Positions 8,178 through 17,154 of a stretch of DNA of 64,000 nt are shown here, in pieces. The position numbers were made by a program, and so were the translations under genes. A model generated the notes under the pieces. The model was not told where the DNA came from. It did not search any database and saw only the letters and a list, made by a program, of their open reading frames with translations. Origin of the DNA: a virus (taxonomy: Duplodnaviria > Caudoviricetes); IMG/VR virus record IMGVR_UViG_3300031134_000001, positions 64,001 through 128,000 of that record; one strand, given 5' to 3'. Each line of letters begins with the position of its first letter. The first letter of the stretch is position 1.

Positions 8178-11144
8178 ATGAATCAATCGCGTAAGCCCCT
8201 TGTGCATCTTCTTTTCGTCGGCATCAAAACACCAGAATGGTGCAACGATTCTGAGAGCGGCATCAGTAAACTGCTCCATCTCATGAAATCGGAAGGCTCG
8301 GCCATCATCGCGCTCGGTGACGAAGAGATGACCGCCGTGGGTAACAACGCCGCTTTCTTGGCACTGAAACAGAAGGTTGAAGAATTGCGCTCGAAAGGCT
8401 ATAAAGCAGATCGCTGGGTGGTTGTTTCGAATAGTAACAACTTCAGGTTTATTGGCGACATGGATGGTCGCCCCATCGATTTCATTTACACGCACATTCA
8501 CCCTGGTGAAAATACGTATTTGTACGAAGATGATGAGCGGTCGCAGTATGGCAAACCACGGGCGCTGAATAACGTTTTAATGGCCATGCGTCAACAAAAC
8601 AAGCAAGCCGAGAAAAACAAACTATCGGGCCTTCTGCCAACGCTGTTGATCAAAAAACTGCTGGTCAGCATGGTGTACCATCTCAACGCTACGCCACCCG
8701 ATCGAAACAATGAGCGCGAGTTGCGCGAAATCATCGACTTTACTGAACGCCAGCTGACGCTTGGTAAGTTGTTCCCTAAGCCCGACCCTATTAACAACCA
8801 ACAACCACAAGGAACCACCATGGACAAAAACCATATCGTGCAACTGCTCAAGCTGACATGCCAGATGCTGAAGCCAGAAGAAGCGAATTCGTCGACGATC
8901 GACGGAGAAGTTGTGTGTCGTGACCTGACGTGGGTTAAAGAAAATGCAGAGACGACGCTGAAGGATATCGTACCACGGGCCACTCCGATCGTCATCGGTG
9001 AAACTCTGGTGGCACTGCAAACCATCGTCCCTCCGCACCCTCTGTATGCGGCAAAACTCACTGATGATCTCAAGCGTGTGATCAATGCGATGAAAGAGCC
9101 AGAAGCTGAAGCTAGCTCGCAGCCAGCGGATGATCAGAAAGCGCCGGTCGTTCACGTCGCGCCAATGGGTAAGCGTAAGCAAGTTGTCGAAACTTTGGCA
9201 CGCGCTATCGGCGCCATCGAAAACGGCGCCGACCTGAACGAGACCGAGAAGAAAGATCTGGTGGACGACCTCGCGTTTATCCATCGCAACTTCGACACGA
9301 TCATTCCCGAGCCCAAAGCACCGACACACCACAAGAACGTCAACCTGATTCTCGACGGCTTGAGCGATCAGAATTGGGGCAAAGATATCCAGGCGTTGTT
9401 CGACGAAATGAACAAACGTGGCGGGCGTACTTTCCAGTTCAACCAGTACGGTTTCGACACGAATCAGGACATTGCTTTCGCTGCTGAACTGGGTGACTAC
9501 CTCAAGGTTGTGCATCCCGACTCGACCTGGGTCGTCATCAAGGTTAACCCTGACGCGAAAAAGGAAGCCACGCTGGGTGATAAACCAAGCACCGTGATGA
9601 TGCAGCATTTCAAAAGCAAGGTGCTGGATCACAACGTCGCCTACTTGACCTTCACGGCGGGTATTAAATTTAGCACCATTAAGTCGTCCCTCTATCAGGT
9701 GCTGGAAAAGCATTTGCGCCGTATCGCTGGCGCGAACCAGACTGAAGAGAAAGCGCCAGAGTCCGCCACGCCAATGGCAGATGAAATCCTGAAAGCGCTA
9801 CGCAACCTGGACGTGATGCGTGAAGCGTTGATGCCTTTGTTGCCAAAGCCGTCTTCCGAACCATCGGAACTGCAAGAGTATTTGCAGGGTTGGCTGCGTG
9901 ATTTTAATGGCATGCCTCCAGGCCCTGGTGCGAACTTCCAGCGGTTTGGCCGTCTTCCACAAGGCTATGCCGATGACTGGCGCTTCAATGTCAATGGTCA
10001 TCCAGATCAACAAGGCTATGGTCCAGTCGGTGGTTGGCCAATGTCGCAACCACCTTCGTATGGACCAGGTCGCGATCCATCGCAAGAAGCTTGGCGTACA
10101 TCACGGGCACCATTCATGGATTACGCCCGTCGTCCGCAGGGTGGTTCTTTCACGGAAGAAGTGTTGAAATCATTTAAGGGTGTGGTCGCAGTGCACGTGT
10201 ATGGCACATCCGGTGAGATTGCTTTGAAGCGCTTTATGAATATTTTCCATCAAGCGCTTCCACATGCGATGCTGACTGTTGTTCAGCATCAAGACCGGCA
10301 AGAGATCTCGTTGTTGGATTTCATACAGGAAGAGGAAGCGAAAGCAAGGTTATCGACTGGTCGTAAGAGTATTTTCCATGCCACTTTTTTCCTCGCACAA
10401 AGTGATGTTGCTGCGCACCGACACCTGCAAGAATTTAAGTATCAGATGGCTATGCATCATATTCCCTGCCCATGCATCGGTGCGCATGTTGTTAACGCGC
10501 ATGCGTTGTTGAATGCGAGCGATTTTGGTTCGCAATTACTTCAGTTTATCCAAAACCCACAAAGCAACGCTGGTGTCAATAGCGATGTAAGCCATCTGTC
10601 GCCTCAGGGTCGTGACAACGTCGAAGCGATGAAGCATACTCTGGAGCGCAACGGGCTGGGACGCTATGCATCGCAACCACGCCTGTTCGACGCCTTCAAT
10701 CAGTTCGAGGGGGTGTTGGCCATTCATGCCGTCGGCAAGCACAATGCGCACCACATGCGTGCAGCGAACCTTGCCATCCAGATGTTGATTCCAAACGCAC
10801 ACGTGGAAGTGTTTGCGTATTCGCTCGACGATAACGATGGTGTCAACACGTGCGGGAAGCTGATGAAGAATGTGTCGAAACTGAAGCAGCATCAACTTCA
10901 CGTCGTGGTATCGGCGGCGCAACCAATGCCGCCTTTGCCAGCACCAGGTGTGTCAAGCAACTTGGGCTATATGCTGTATTCCGCATTGTCGACGACTTTC
11001 CGTCCGAGTAAAGGGGCCGTGACGATGTTGGCTGAAGGTGCAATCACCGGCATCACGGTGCAAGCGCTGCAAGAAGTATTTGTCAGCGTACTCTTCGGGC
11101 TCTTGGAATCGGAAGCGCTTCCTCAGCCGACGCGGCGTTTCTAA
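8178..11144 (+). CDS. large hypothetical protein (988 aa) with an internal in-frame start at 8820
   Basis: AGGAG RBS; a second AC-rich leader plus AAGGA precedes ATG 8820; duplicated C-terminal alpha/beta motif. Confidence 0.75.
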   Translation: MNQSRKPLVHLLFVGIKTPEWCNDSESGISKLLHLMKSEGSAIIALGDEEMTAVGNNAAFLALKQKVEELRSKGYKADRWVVVSNSNNFRFIGDMDGRPIDFIYTHIHPGENTYLYEDDERSQYGKPRALNNVLMAMRQQNKQAEKNKLSGLLPTLLIKKLLVSMVYHLNATPPDRNNERELREIIDFTERQLTLGKLFPKPDPINNQQPQGTTMDKNHIVQLLKLTCQMLKPEEANSSTIDGEVVCRDLTWVKENAETTLKDIVPRATPIVIGETLVALQTIVPPHPLYAAKLTDDLKRVINAMKEPEAEASSQPADDQKAPVVHVAPMGKRKQVVETLARAIGAIENGADLNETEKKDLVDDLAFIHRNFDTIIPEPKAPTHHKNVNLILDGLSDQNWGKDIQALFDEMNKRGGRTFQFNQYGFDTNQDIAFAAELGDYLKVVHPDSTWVVIKVNPDAKKEATLGDKPSTVMMQHFKSKVLDHNVAYLTFTAGIKFSTIKSSLYQVLEKHLRRIAGANQTEEKAPESATPMADEILKALRNLDVMREALMPLLPKPSSEPSELQEYLQGWLRDFNGMPPGPGANFQRFGRLPQGYADDWRFNVNGHPDQQGYGPVGGWPMSQPPSYGPGRDPSQEAWRTSRAPFMDYARRPQGGSFTEEVLKSFKGVVAVHVYGTSGEIALKRFMNIFHQALPHAMLTVVQHQDRQEISLLDFIQEEEAKARLSTGRKSIFHATFFLAQSDVAAHRHLQEFKYQMAMHHIPCPCIGAHVVNAHALLNASDFGSQLLQFIQNPQSNAGVNSDVSHLSPQGRDNVEAMKHTLERNGLGRYASQPRLFDAFNQFEGVLAIHAVGKHNAHHMRAANLAIQMLIPNAHVEVFAYSLDDNDGVNTCGKLMKNVSKLKQHQLHVVVSAAQPMPPLPAPGVSSNLGYMLYSALSTTFRPSKGAVTMLAEGAITGITVQALQEVFVSVLFGLLESEALPQPTRRF

Positions 11145-11153
11145 GTAGTACCT

Positions 11154-11192
11154 GCCCAACCAGTGTAACTCTAGCTGGTTGGGTGTTTTTTT
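11154..11192 (+). terminator. intrinsic terminator
   Basis: GCCCAACCAG...CTGGTTGGGT followed by T7. Confidence 0.7.
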
Positions 11193-11265
11193 ACTCTGTT
11201 TCTCTTATTCAATGTCCAGAATAACGTTGAATGTTTTGCACTATAATTAACAAAAGGATCATGCA

Positions 11266-12309
11266 ATGAACGCTGTAACCAATTCTGCCCCTAAAGGCAA
11301 AGCCCGTCTGTATGCTTGCGGCGGGGCATCGATTAATATCGTGAGCGGCATTGGCGCGATGCAAATCAATCCTGATCTGCTCGCTGATCTGCTGATTACC
11401 CAAATCGACACCAGCCCATCGAACCTGACGACCCGCTCGACCAGCGTCGAGAACTACCTGATGACCATCGCAGGCAAGGTCGATGGCGGCGGCAAGAACC
11501 GCACCGAGAACGAAGCGCTGATTGAAGAACACGTCAAGCCGATTCTGAAGATGCATCCACCGGGCGACGTGAACATCGTGATCTCTACCGGCGGCGGTTC
11601 GTCCGGCTCGGTCATCGCCACCAAGCTGACCAACGAACTGCTGATCCGTGGCGAATGCGTGATCGTGCTGCTGATCGGCACGACCGGCTCGCGTATCGAA
11701 GCAAAGAACTCGATCGACACGCAGACCAACTACGAGCAGATCGCCAAAGCTCGCAATGCGCCAGCGGTCATGGTTTACATGCAAAACTCGCAGACGATGC
11801 CGCGTGAAAAGGTTAACGACCACATGCGCTCGACGATCATGTACCTGGCCATGTTGTTCTCGCGTCGCAACAGCGGTCTGGACTCGATGGACCTGCGCAA
11901 CTGGCTGTACTTCACTCGCCCAGAAGTGATCAAGGGTTTGACGCCACAGCTGTTCAGTCTGACGGTGCTGCTGCGCGAACATACGCCTGAAGGCGAAGCC
12001 AAGTTCGAAAAAGAACTCGACCAACTCGGCAACATCTTGTCGGTCGCTACCTTGGCCCGCATCGGCGGTCAAACGGAAATGCCGGAAGACTTCATGCCGG
12101 AGTACCATACCGAAGGTTTCGCTCCGGACATCAAGGACAGCAAAGTCTTTGATACCCAATCGGTGAACTTCGTGATCAGCGATGGTCTGGTACAAGGGTT
12201 CGTCACGGAACTGCGCAAGTTTGCCAAGCGCGAAAAACCGCAGATCAACACATCGACGCTGTTGGCAGACAGCGAAGATGATGACGACGCGCCTACGGTT
12301 AATTTCTGA
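11266..12309 (+). CDS. phuZ: phage tubulin PhuZ (FtsZ/tubulin family)
   Basis: YACGGASINI N-terminal loop, IDTS, tubulin signature TGGGSSGS, acidic C-terminal tail; 347 aa. Confidence 0.9.
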   Translation: MNAVTNSAPKGKARLYACGGASINIVSGIGAMQINPDLLADLLITQIDTSPSNLTTRSTSVENYLMTIAGKVDGGGKNRTENEALIEEHVKPILKMHPPGDVNIVISTGGGSSGSVIATKLTNELLIRGECVIVLLIGTTGSRIEAKNSIDTQTNYEQIAKARNAPAVMVYMQNSQTMPREKVNDHMRSTIMYLAMLFSRRNSGLDSMDLRNWLYFTRPEVIKGLTPQLFSLTVLLREHTPEGEAKFEKELDQLGNILSVATLARIGGQTEMPEDFMPEYHTEGFAPDIKDSKVFDTQSVNFVISDGLVQGFVTELRKFAKREKPQINTSTLLADSEDDDDAPTVNF

Positions 12310-13037
12310 TACCGACATGGATATAGCCATCATCGGCGGCGGTGGTGGATGGTTAGGAACCGCTCTTATAAGAGCACTCTGTGGCGGCTTGGGTCGGACA
12401 GTAGAGATCGTGAAGCTTTGTGACTGGGTAAACAAATGGTCGTTTACTCATCAACATGAAGTCATGTACGGTCTATGCAATTATGAGAGCGGGGTTTACG
12501 GCGCGGGTTGCATAACCCCGTCACATCACGTTCAACAGCCCGAGCGGGCACTGGCACACAGTAAGGGTCTGTGTAAGCCTGTGATTGTCTCCGCCAACGG
12601 CCAAAGATAATGTGAACAAAATAAACCTCCGGTTATTAATAGCGCAAGTTTACGGGACTTGTAGCTAAACTTATCCCATTTAGATAAGTTTTCGAACCAT
12701 CCAAGCCTATCCGCTGCGCGCGGTATTAAGCGTCTGCCCGACGTTTGTCTGAGTCCGCAACATCGAAGACGCTTTCCTTTTACACCGCCAGCACATTGAT
12801 TCATGAATCAACAGTGTTGTGTTAGGTGATCTGCGGAGGTTGTCCTAGAACCGGATGATCGGACGTTAAACGAAGTAAACTTGGGGGCGGGACGAGCGAA
12901 GCTTTGCGAAGAGAATCACTCAGGCATGAGTGGGCGAAAATCTCTTTGCCAGCATTAGAACTCCCTTCCCCCCATTTCATCCCACTTACCTAACCGTTCT
13001 CTTCGGAGAATAATTAGGTAAGTGGATTCATTTTTTT
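12310..13037 (+). ncRNA. putative large structured non-coding RNA, family unknown
   Basis: ~720 nt with no typical phage ORF; at least 12 helices, including long-range pairs 12346-54/12695-703 and 12624-31/12834-41; ends in a long hairpin plus T7. Strand inferred from the terminator. Confidence 0.6.
12982..13037 (+). terminator. intrinsic terminator closing the structured region
   Basis: CCACTTACCTAA...TTCTC-TTCG-GAGAA...TTAGGTAAGTGG followed by ATTCAT7. Confidence 0.7.
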
Positions 13038-13111
13038 ATGCCGCCACAGTGAAATATCACAGTAGGTAAAAACGCACTAGAAACGCTTCTAAGCGTTATT
13101 TTACTTGGCGG

Positions 13112-13624
13112 GTGTATTGTATACGTAACGCCGTCAAAAGGCCCCCAATGGACCATAAACAACGATTGCAGCGATCTGTTTGGGTGCTCGACATCAACGA
13201 TTACATTTTGTACTTGGAAGACTGCCTTTACCGCATCTCACCCAAGTTTCCGTGGTTGTTAGATAGCCAGCCAATTGATCGTAATTGGACGTGGCAACAC
13301 ACAGATCGTTTTACTGTAGACAAGACCCAGCGAGATTACTTGATCGACTGGATCATCAAACACTTCTTGCGTGAAGTCTATCACTTCGATACCGGTAACG
13401 ATTGGAACGAAGACTTTCACGATGTTTTCAATGTCTTGTGTAGTGACTACGCCCTGCACGAATCCACCAAATACTACCTGAGTATCCCGCACGTCTACGG
13501 CGACATCTTTACTCCTCAGGTATTCCGACAATCTTGCTGGGTGTATATCGAAGCGGATATCGACCCACAACAACAAAAGATTCCAATCACACATGCCCTA
13601 CCCAAACCCATCACGCCAGCTTGA
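13112..13624 (+). CDS. hypothetical protein (170 aa)
   Basis: GTG start (uncertain); first gene of a tightly packed operon. Confidence 0.65.
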   Translation: MYCIRNAVKRPPMDHKQRLQRSVWVLDINDYILYLEDCLYRISPKFPWLLDSQPIDRNWTWQHTDRFTVDKTQRDYLIDWIIKHFLREVYHFDTGNDWNEDFHDVFNVLCSDYALHESTKYYLSIPHVYGDIFTPQVFRQSCWVYIEADIDPQQQKIPITHALPKPITPA

Positions 13625-14549
13625 AGTCCATCATTCGTTTATCTCGGATGTGTTTGATGTTGCCCATTACATCCAGGGCGTGCTTGAACCTGTTCTGAAA
13701 GCGCCTGAAGCTGGTTTGTATTTGCCTGGTCAAGTCGATCCAGTGCTACGGGCTGATCGTGAGTATTGGTACCAAGAACCAATCTCGATCCAGCAGGCCA
13801 GCCGTTCGGTAGCAGTGCGTACGTTTGATGCGCCTTACAATCCGTCCCCGTATCACACGGGTCCTTTGGTGCAGCTGCACAACCAGCCATGGCAATACTA
13901 CCGTTACAACTACATCCGGGTAAACGACTTAGAACAAGTCATTACCTCGCCGTGGGATGTGGTGGAAATGCCGCACGGTTTTATCCCGCCTTACTTCAGT
14001 CCAACTGACGACATGTCCGGCACGGACGCATTGCCGATGCGGGTAGCATTAACGTCACACCTGGCGCACATGTGTTCACTGACGCCCGACGTGCCGTTTG
14101 CGGGCATCAAGCTCGCTAAGCTCATGCTCGACAATGAGATCGTTGCTACGCGCAGCTTTAACCCATCGCCCGGTAAGACCATCGAACAGCTGATCACGCC
14201 ATTCATTAGCGAGCACTACCTGCCGCCCGATTTGTCTGATTTAGACAAATACGAGCACATCCTCGAAGATGCTTGGTTCCGGCGCGCCATGAATAAGATT
14301 TGCGAAAGCATGGCTACCGTTCTGGCCCCCTTACGCAATGGCTTGTATGGCGACTCGTACCAGATGTTCACGGCGCAATACCAAGATGGCTTTACCATCC
14401 GCATTGATCAGCTGGGCGACTACCGCATCCACGAGTGGGAACGTATCGTGAACGATCCTGAATATCAACGTTGGTTGCGTGCCAAAGCCGATGGTAGCTG
14501 GTACCGCGTTCCCGTAGCTGATGCTTACGATTCTAAACTTCATCTCTAA
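13593..14549 (+). CDS. hypothetical protein (318 aa)
   Basis: Long ORF overlapping the upstream gene by 32 nt. Confidence 0.75.
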   Translation: MPYPNPSRQLEVHHSFISDVFDVAHYIQGVLEPVLKAPEAGLYLPGQVDPVLRADREYWYQEPISIQQASRSVAVRTFDAPYNPSPYHTGPLVQLHNQPWQYYRYNYIRVNDLEQVITSPWDVVEMPHGFIPPYFSPTDDMSGTDALPMRVALTSHLAHMCSLTPDVPFAGIKLAKLMLDNEIVATRSFNPSPGKTIEQLITPFISEHYLPPDLSDLDKYEHILEDAWFRRAMNKICESMATVLAPLRNGLYGDSYQMFTAQYQDGFTIRIDQLGDYRIHEWERIVNDPEYQRWLRAKADGSWYRVPVADAYDSKLHL

Positions 14550-14551
14550 TC

Positions 14552-14935
14552 ATGACCATATCGCAGGAGTTGTTTAAGTTACCGTTTGATCCTGTCATGC
14601 AGTCTGTCGAGATGGGGATGGAGCCGCTATCAGCGTTGGCCAAGTACAACATCGTGATCCGCACCTTTATCGAGTACCTGCTGGAAGAACTGAGCGTGAA
14701 GATCTCGGACCAGTACGCGACGTCGCCGATTGATTTAGCCGTGGCGTATCTGAAACAGAACTACGTGGATGAGGAATACGCGCAGCGGTTTAGCCACCAC
14801 GTTCTCGACGCGCTCATGACGACCGTGATCGGTTACTTCCCGTCGATCTCACACCAGACGCTATCGGCTGCCCGGTACGTACTCGATCAAGATAACATCA
14901 CTTTGTTGGTTTACATGCAATACAAAAACCCATGA
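14552..14935 (+). CDS. hypothetical protein (127 aa)
   Basis: Tandem ORF; ATGA overlap with the next gene. Confidence 0.75.
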   Translation: MTISQELFKLPFDPVMQSVEMGMEPLSALAKYNIVIRTFIEYLLEELSVKISDQYATSPIDLAVAYLKQNYVDEEYAQRFSHHVLDALMTTVIGYFPSISHQTLSAARYVLDQDNITLLVYMQYKNP

Positions 14936-15324
14936 ACCAATTACTTATTGACACCGCAGGCGCGCTTGATCAGTTCAAGCGCTTGGAGCACACGTTTGAT
15001 TTCTATCCAGCCGGGTTTGTTGGCTTGATCTCAGACATGCTGAACTACCACATGAGCAATCCGGACAGCAGTGAAGATGCTGACCAAATGTTCATGGACA
15101 CGGTATTAGAAGCGTATTACACGTCAACCAAATACCAGGCCACATCTGCATCACCAGAAGACCCAGCCATTGAAAACTTAATTGCTTTGGCTTTACTCAT
15201 GATTAACCACACCACCATGCATTTCGTGCGGTATCATCGTAACACGCTGTCGCTGTGCGAAGTCGATTCGCAGTCCATCGAGCTGGGTTCGTCATTCGAA
15301 TACATTTTGTTGAAAAGAAAATAG
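14932..15324 (+). CDS. hypothetical protein (130 aa)
   Basis: Translationally coupled ORF. Confidence 0.7.
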   Translation: MNQLLIDTAGALDQFKRLEHTFDFYPAGFVGLISDMLNYHMSNPDSSEDADQMFMDTVLEAYYTSTKYQATSASPEDPAIENLIALALLMINHTTMHFVRYHRNTLSLCEVDSQSIELGSSFEYILLKRK

Positions 15325-15332
15325 GAGGTTGT

Positions 15333-15746
15333 GTGGCACTGGGCGAACAATACATCGTGAACTTTTCAGAAGCCATCGACCTCTTCCAAAAGCGGATGGC
15401 GGCCGATGATTTACCTACCATTGATTTAGATGTTGTGAAGTGGCGTGTGATGGAAATGTGGGAACAGAAATACCCACTGCGTCATTTGGAATTAGTTGTG
15501 GATGACATGCTCAGACACGACTGGTTGTATGCCAAAGAAGAGTTTGTTGATACTACTCCTATGCGAGCTCGTCAGAAAAAAATTCAGTTGAACCAATATC
15601 TGCGCACTTGCCTCATTGAACTTGGTGTTAATCTGCACGCCAAGCTTCGGGAGATGGGCATGCTTACTTCAGGCACCGAACGTTATCGCGTCACCCTACG
15701 GCCACTAGACAATGAAACTTACACCTTACGACAGACTGGGAGTTGA
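15333..15746 (+). CDS. hypothetical protein, paralog family member 1 (137 aa)
   Basis: GTG at 15333 after GGAGG; C-terminal LREMGMLTSGTERY motif. Confidence 0.7.
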   Translation: MALGEQYIVNFSEAIDLFQKRMAADDLPTIDLDVVKWRVMEMWEQKYPLRHLELVVDDMLRHDWLYAKEEFVDTTPMRARQKKIQLNQYLRTCLIELGVNLHAKLREMGMLTSGTERYRVTLRPLDNETYTLRQTGS

Positions 15747-16326
15747 GTATCCGCCTCCGTCAGTAGAAACGCCTTTGCAGATCAAGTACCCGGACTACTA
15801 CATTTTGAAGATTGACGACATCGTCGACGACTTCATCAAGCAGTGGGATTTCATCATCACCACCGAAATCATGGAGCATCCGATTGACTCGGATGTGGTG
15901 CTGCCTGAAGTGTACACCATCGGTCAAGATGGCACGCTGCACAAAACCGTGTACTTCGCCCAGCACGTATCCGAACGCGTCAAGCCTTGGCATCCAGACA
16001 TCAGCATTATTCTGGCAGCCACGATCGAGACCATCAAGGCCAAGAACGAAGCAGAAACAGACATGGATCTTGTCATGGGGTCGCTCTGGGTGGACGTAGC
16101 GTACATGGCCGATATTCATATTCGCTCGAACGTGGGTGAACTCCACGTGAACAGAGCCATCACCGGCGCACGGCGAGCTATCGCAAAGCTCTCTACCCAA
16201 TTCGGCAAGAAAATCTATCAACGACTCATCGAGTACGGCTTGTACAAACAAGGCTACTTCCCGTACCACTATGTCGGTTGGGAAGACGAATGCGCGATCG
16301 TTGCGCTCGATGACACACACAGGTGA
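15712..16326 (+). CDS. hypothetical protein, paralog family member 2 (204 aa)
   Basis: C-terminal LIEYGLYKQGYFPY motif. Confidence 0.75.
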   Translation: MKLTPYDRLGVEYPPPSVETPLQIKYPDYYILKIDDIVDDFIKQWDFIITTEIMEHPIDSDVVLPEVYTIGQDGTLHKTVYFAQHVSERVKPWHPDISIILAATIETIKAKNEAETDMDLVMGSLWVDVAYMADIHIRSNVGELHVNRAITGARRAIAKLSTQFGKKIYQRLIEYGLYKQGYFPYHYVGWEDECAIVALDDTHR

Positions 16327-16329
16327 ACT

Positions 16330-16692
16330 ATGGTAATAACCGATCAAATAACCATCTTAGATACGATGGAACTTGTGGTCGATTTCGAGCAGAAGTTAGG
16401 CTACGAACTCACGCCTGAAGATCGTCTGGAAATCTTTCATCAGATTTTCCTGATGATCAATCAGCACAGTGCGTTGGACCTGGACGACAAGGACGTTTTG
16501 GACTACGACTCGCTTGTGTTCGCCAATTATCTGAACGTGGACCACGCTGCTGTTGATCGGATTGCCTACAACCTGATGGTGAAGGTGTGGCACCTTTGTC
16601 ATCAGCGTGGCTTTTATATCAATGGCGAATTGCGCTACATGCCCTTTGCCATGCATGGCTGGGACTTGTCGGTTCGCTATTACCAGAACTAA
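16330..16692 (+). CDS. hypothetical protein, paralog family member 3 (120 aa)
   Basis: AGGTGA RBS; C-terminal CHQRGFYINGELRY motif. Confidence 0.75.
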   Translation: MVITDQITILDTMELVVDFEQKLGYELTPEDRLEIFHQIFLMINQHSALDLDDKDVLDYDSLVFANYLNVDHAAVDRIAYNLMVKVWHLCHQRGFYINGELRYMPFAMHGWDLSVRYYQN

Positions 16693-16707
16693 CAGAGGAG
16701 TCCGGTA

Positions 16708-17124
16708 ATGAATTTAGATGTCGGCGGTACGTATAGCTTTGCAGTGTACCCAGTAGCTGTGTTGGGTACCAATTTCAAGAACGTGTTGGTGTTGTCGATC
16801 TTAAGCGCTGCCACGGCGCAAGCGCTGGGTGAAGACATCTTCGCTCGCCACGCGTTGATCTCGCCATCCCTGCCAGATACGACGCAAAAGAAAGATCCCA
16901 GCAAATACAAGTACGTGCAGATCAAACTGCCATCAGGTGCTGAGCAAATCATCGCCATGGAATGGATCAACACGGCCACGATCCAATCGGTGAACTTGGG
17001 TCGCCATACTGTCATCATCGACAACAGTCCAAGCAGCGAACGGCAAAAGATCCTGGACGCATTGGCTGCCAACGGTATCAACGTGTCGGAGATCGATTTC
17101 CAGTCGGCTACGATGCAGGCGTAA
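16708..17124 (+). CDS. conserved phiKZ-like hypothetical protein (138 aa)
   Basis: GAGGAG RBS; beta-rich; immediately upstream of the DNA polymerase as in phiKZ-like gene order. Confidence 0.75.
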   Translation: MNLDVGGTYSFAVYPVAVLGTNFKNVLVLSILSAATAQALGEDIFARHALISPSLPDTTQKKDPSKYKYVQIKLPSGAEQIIAMEWINTATIQSVNLGRHTVIIDNSPSSERQKILDALAANGINVSEIDFQSATMQA

Positions 17125-17154
17125 TCGTTTTTTATCCGCGATACGTATAAAGTG

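Noticed and set aside
12310-13037. Group I/II intron or RNase P interpretation of the large structured region
   Set aside because: phuZ ends normally with an acidic tail before it, so no exon is interrupted. I see no group II GUGYG/domain V, no group I P7 consensus and no RNase P GAGGAAAGUCC/AACAGAA motifs.
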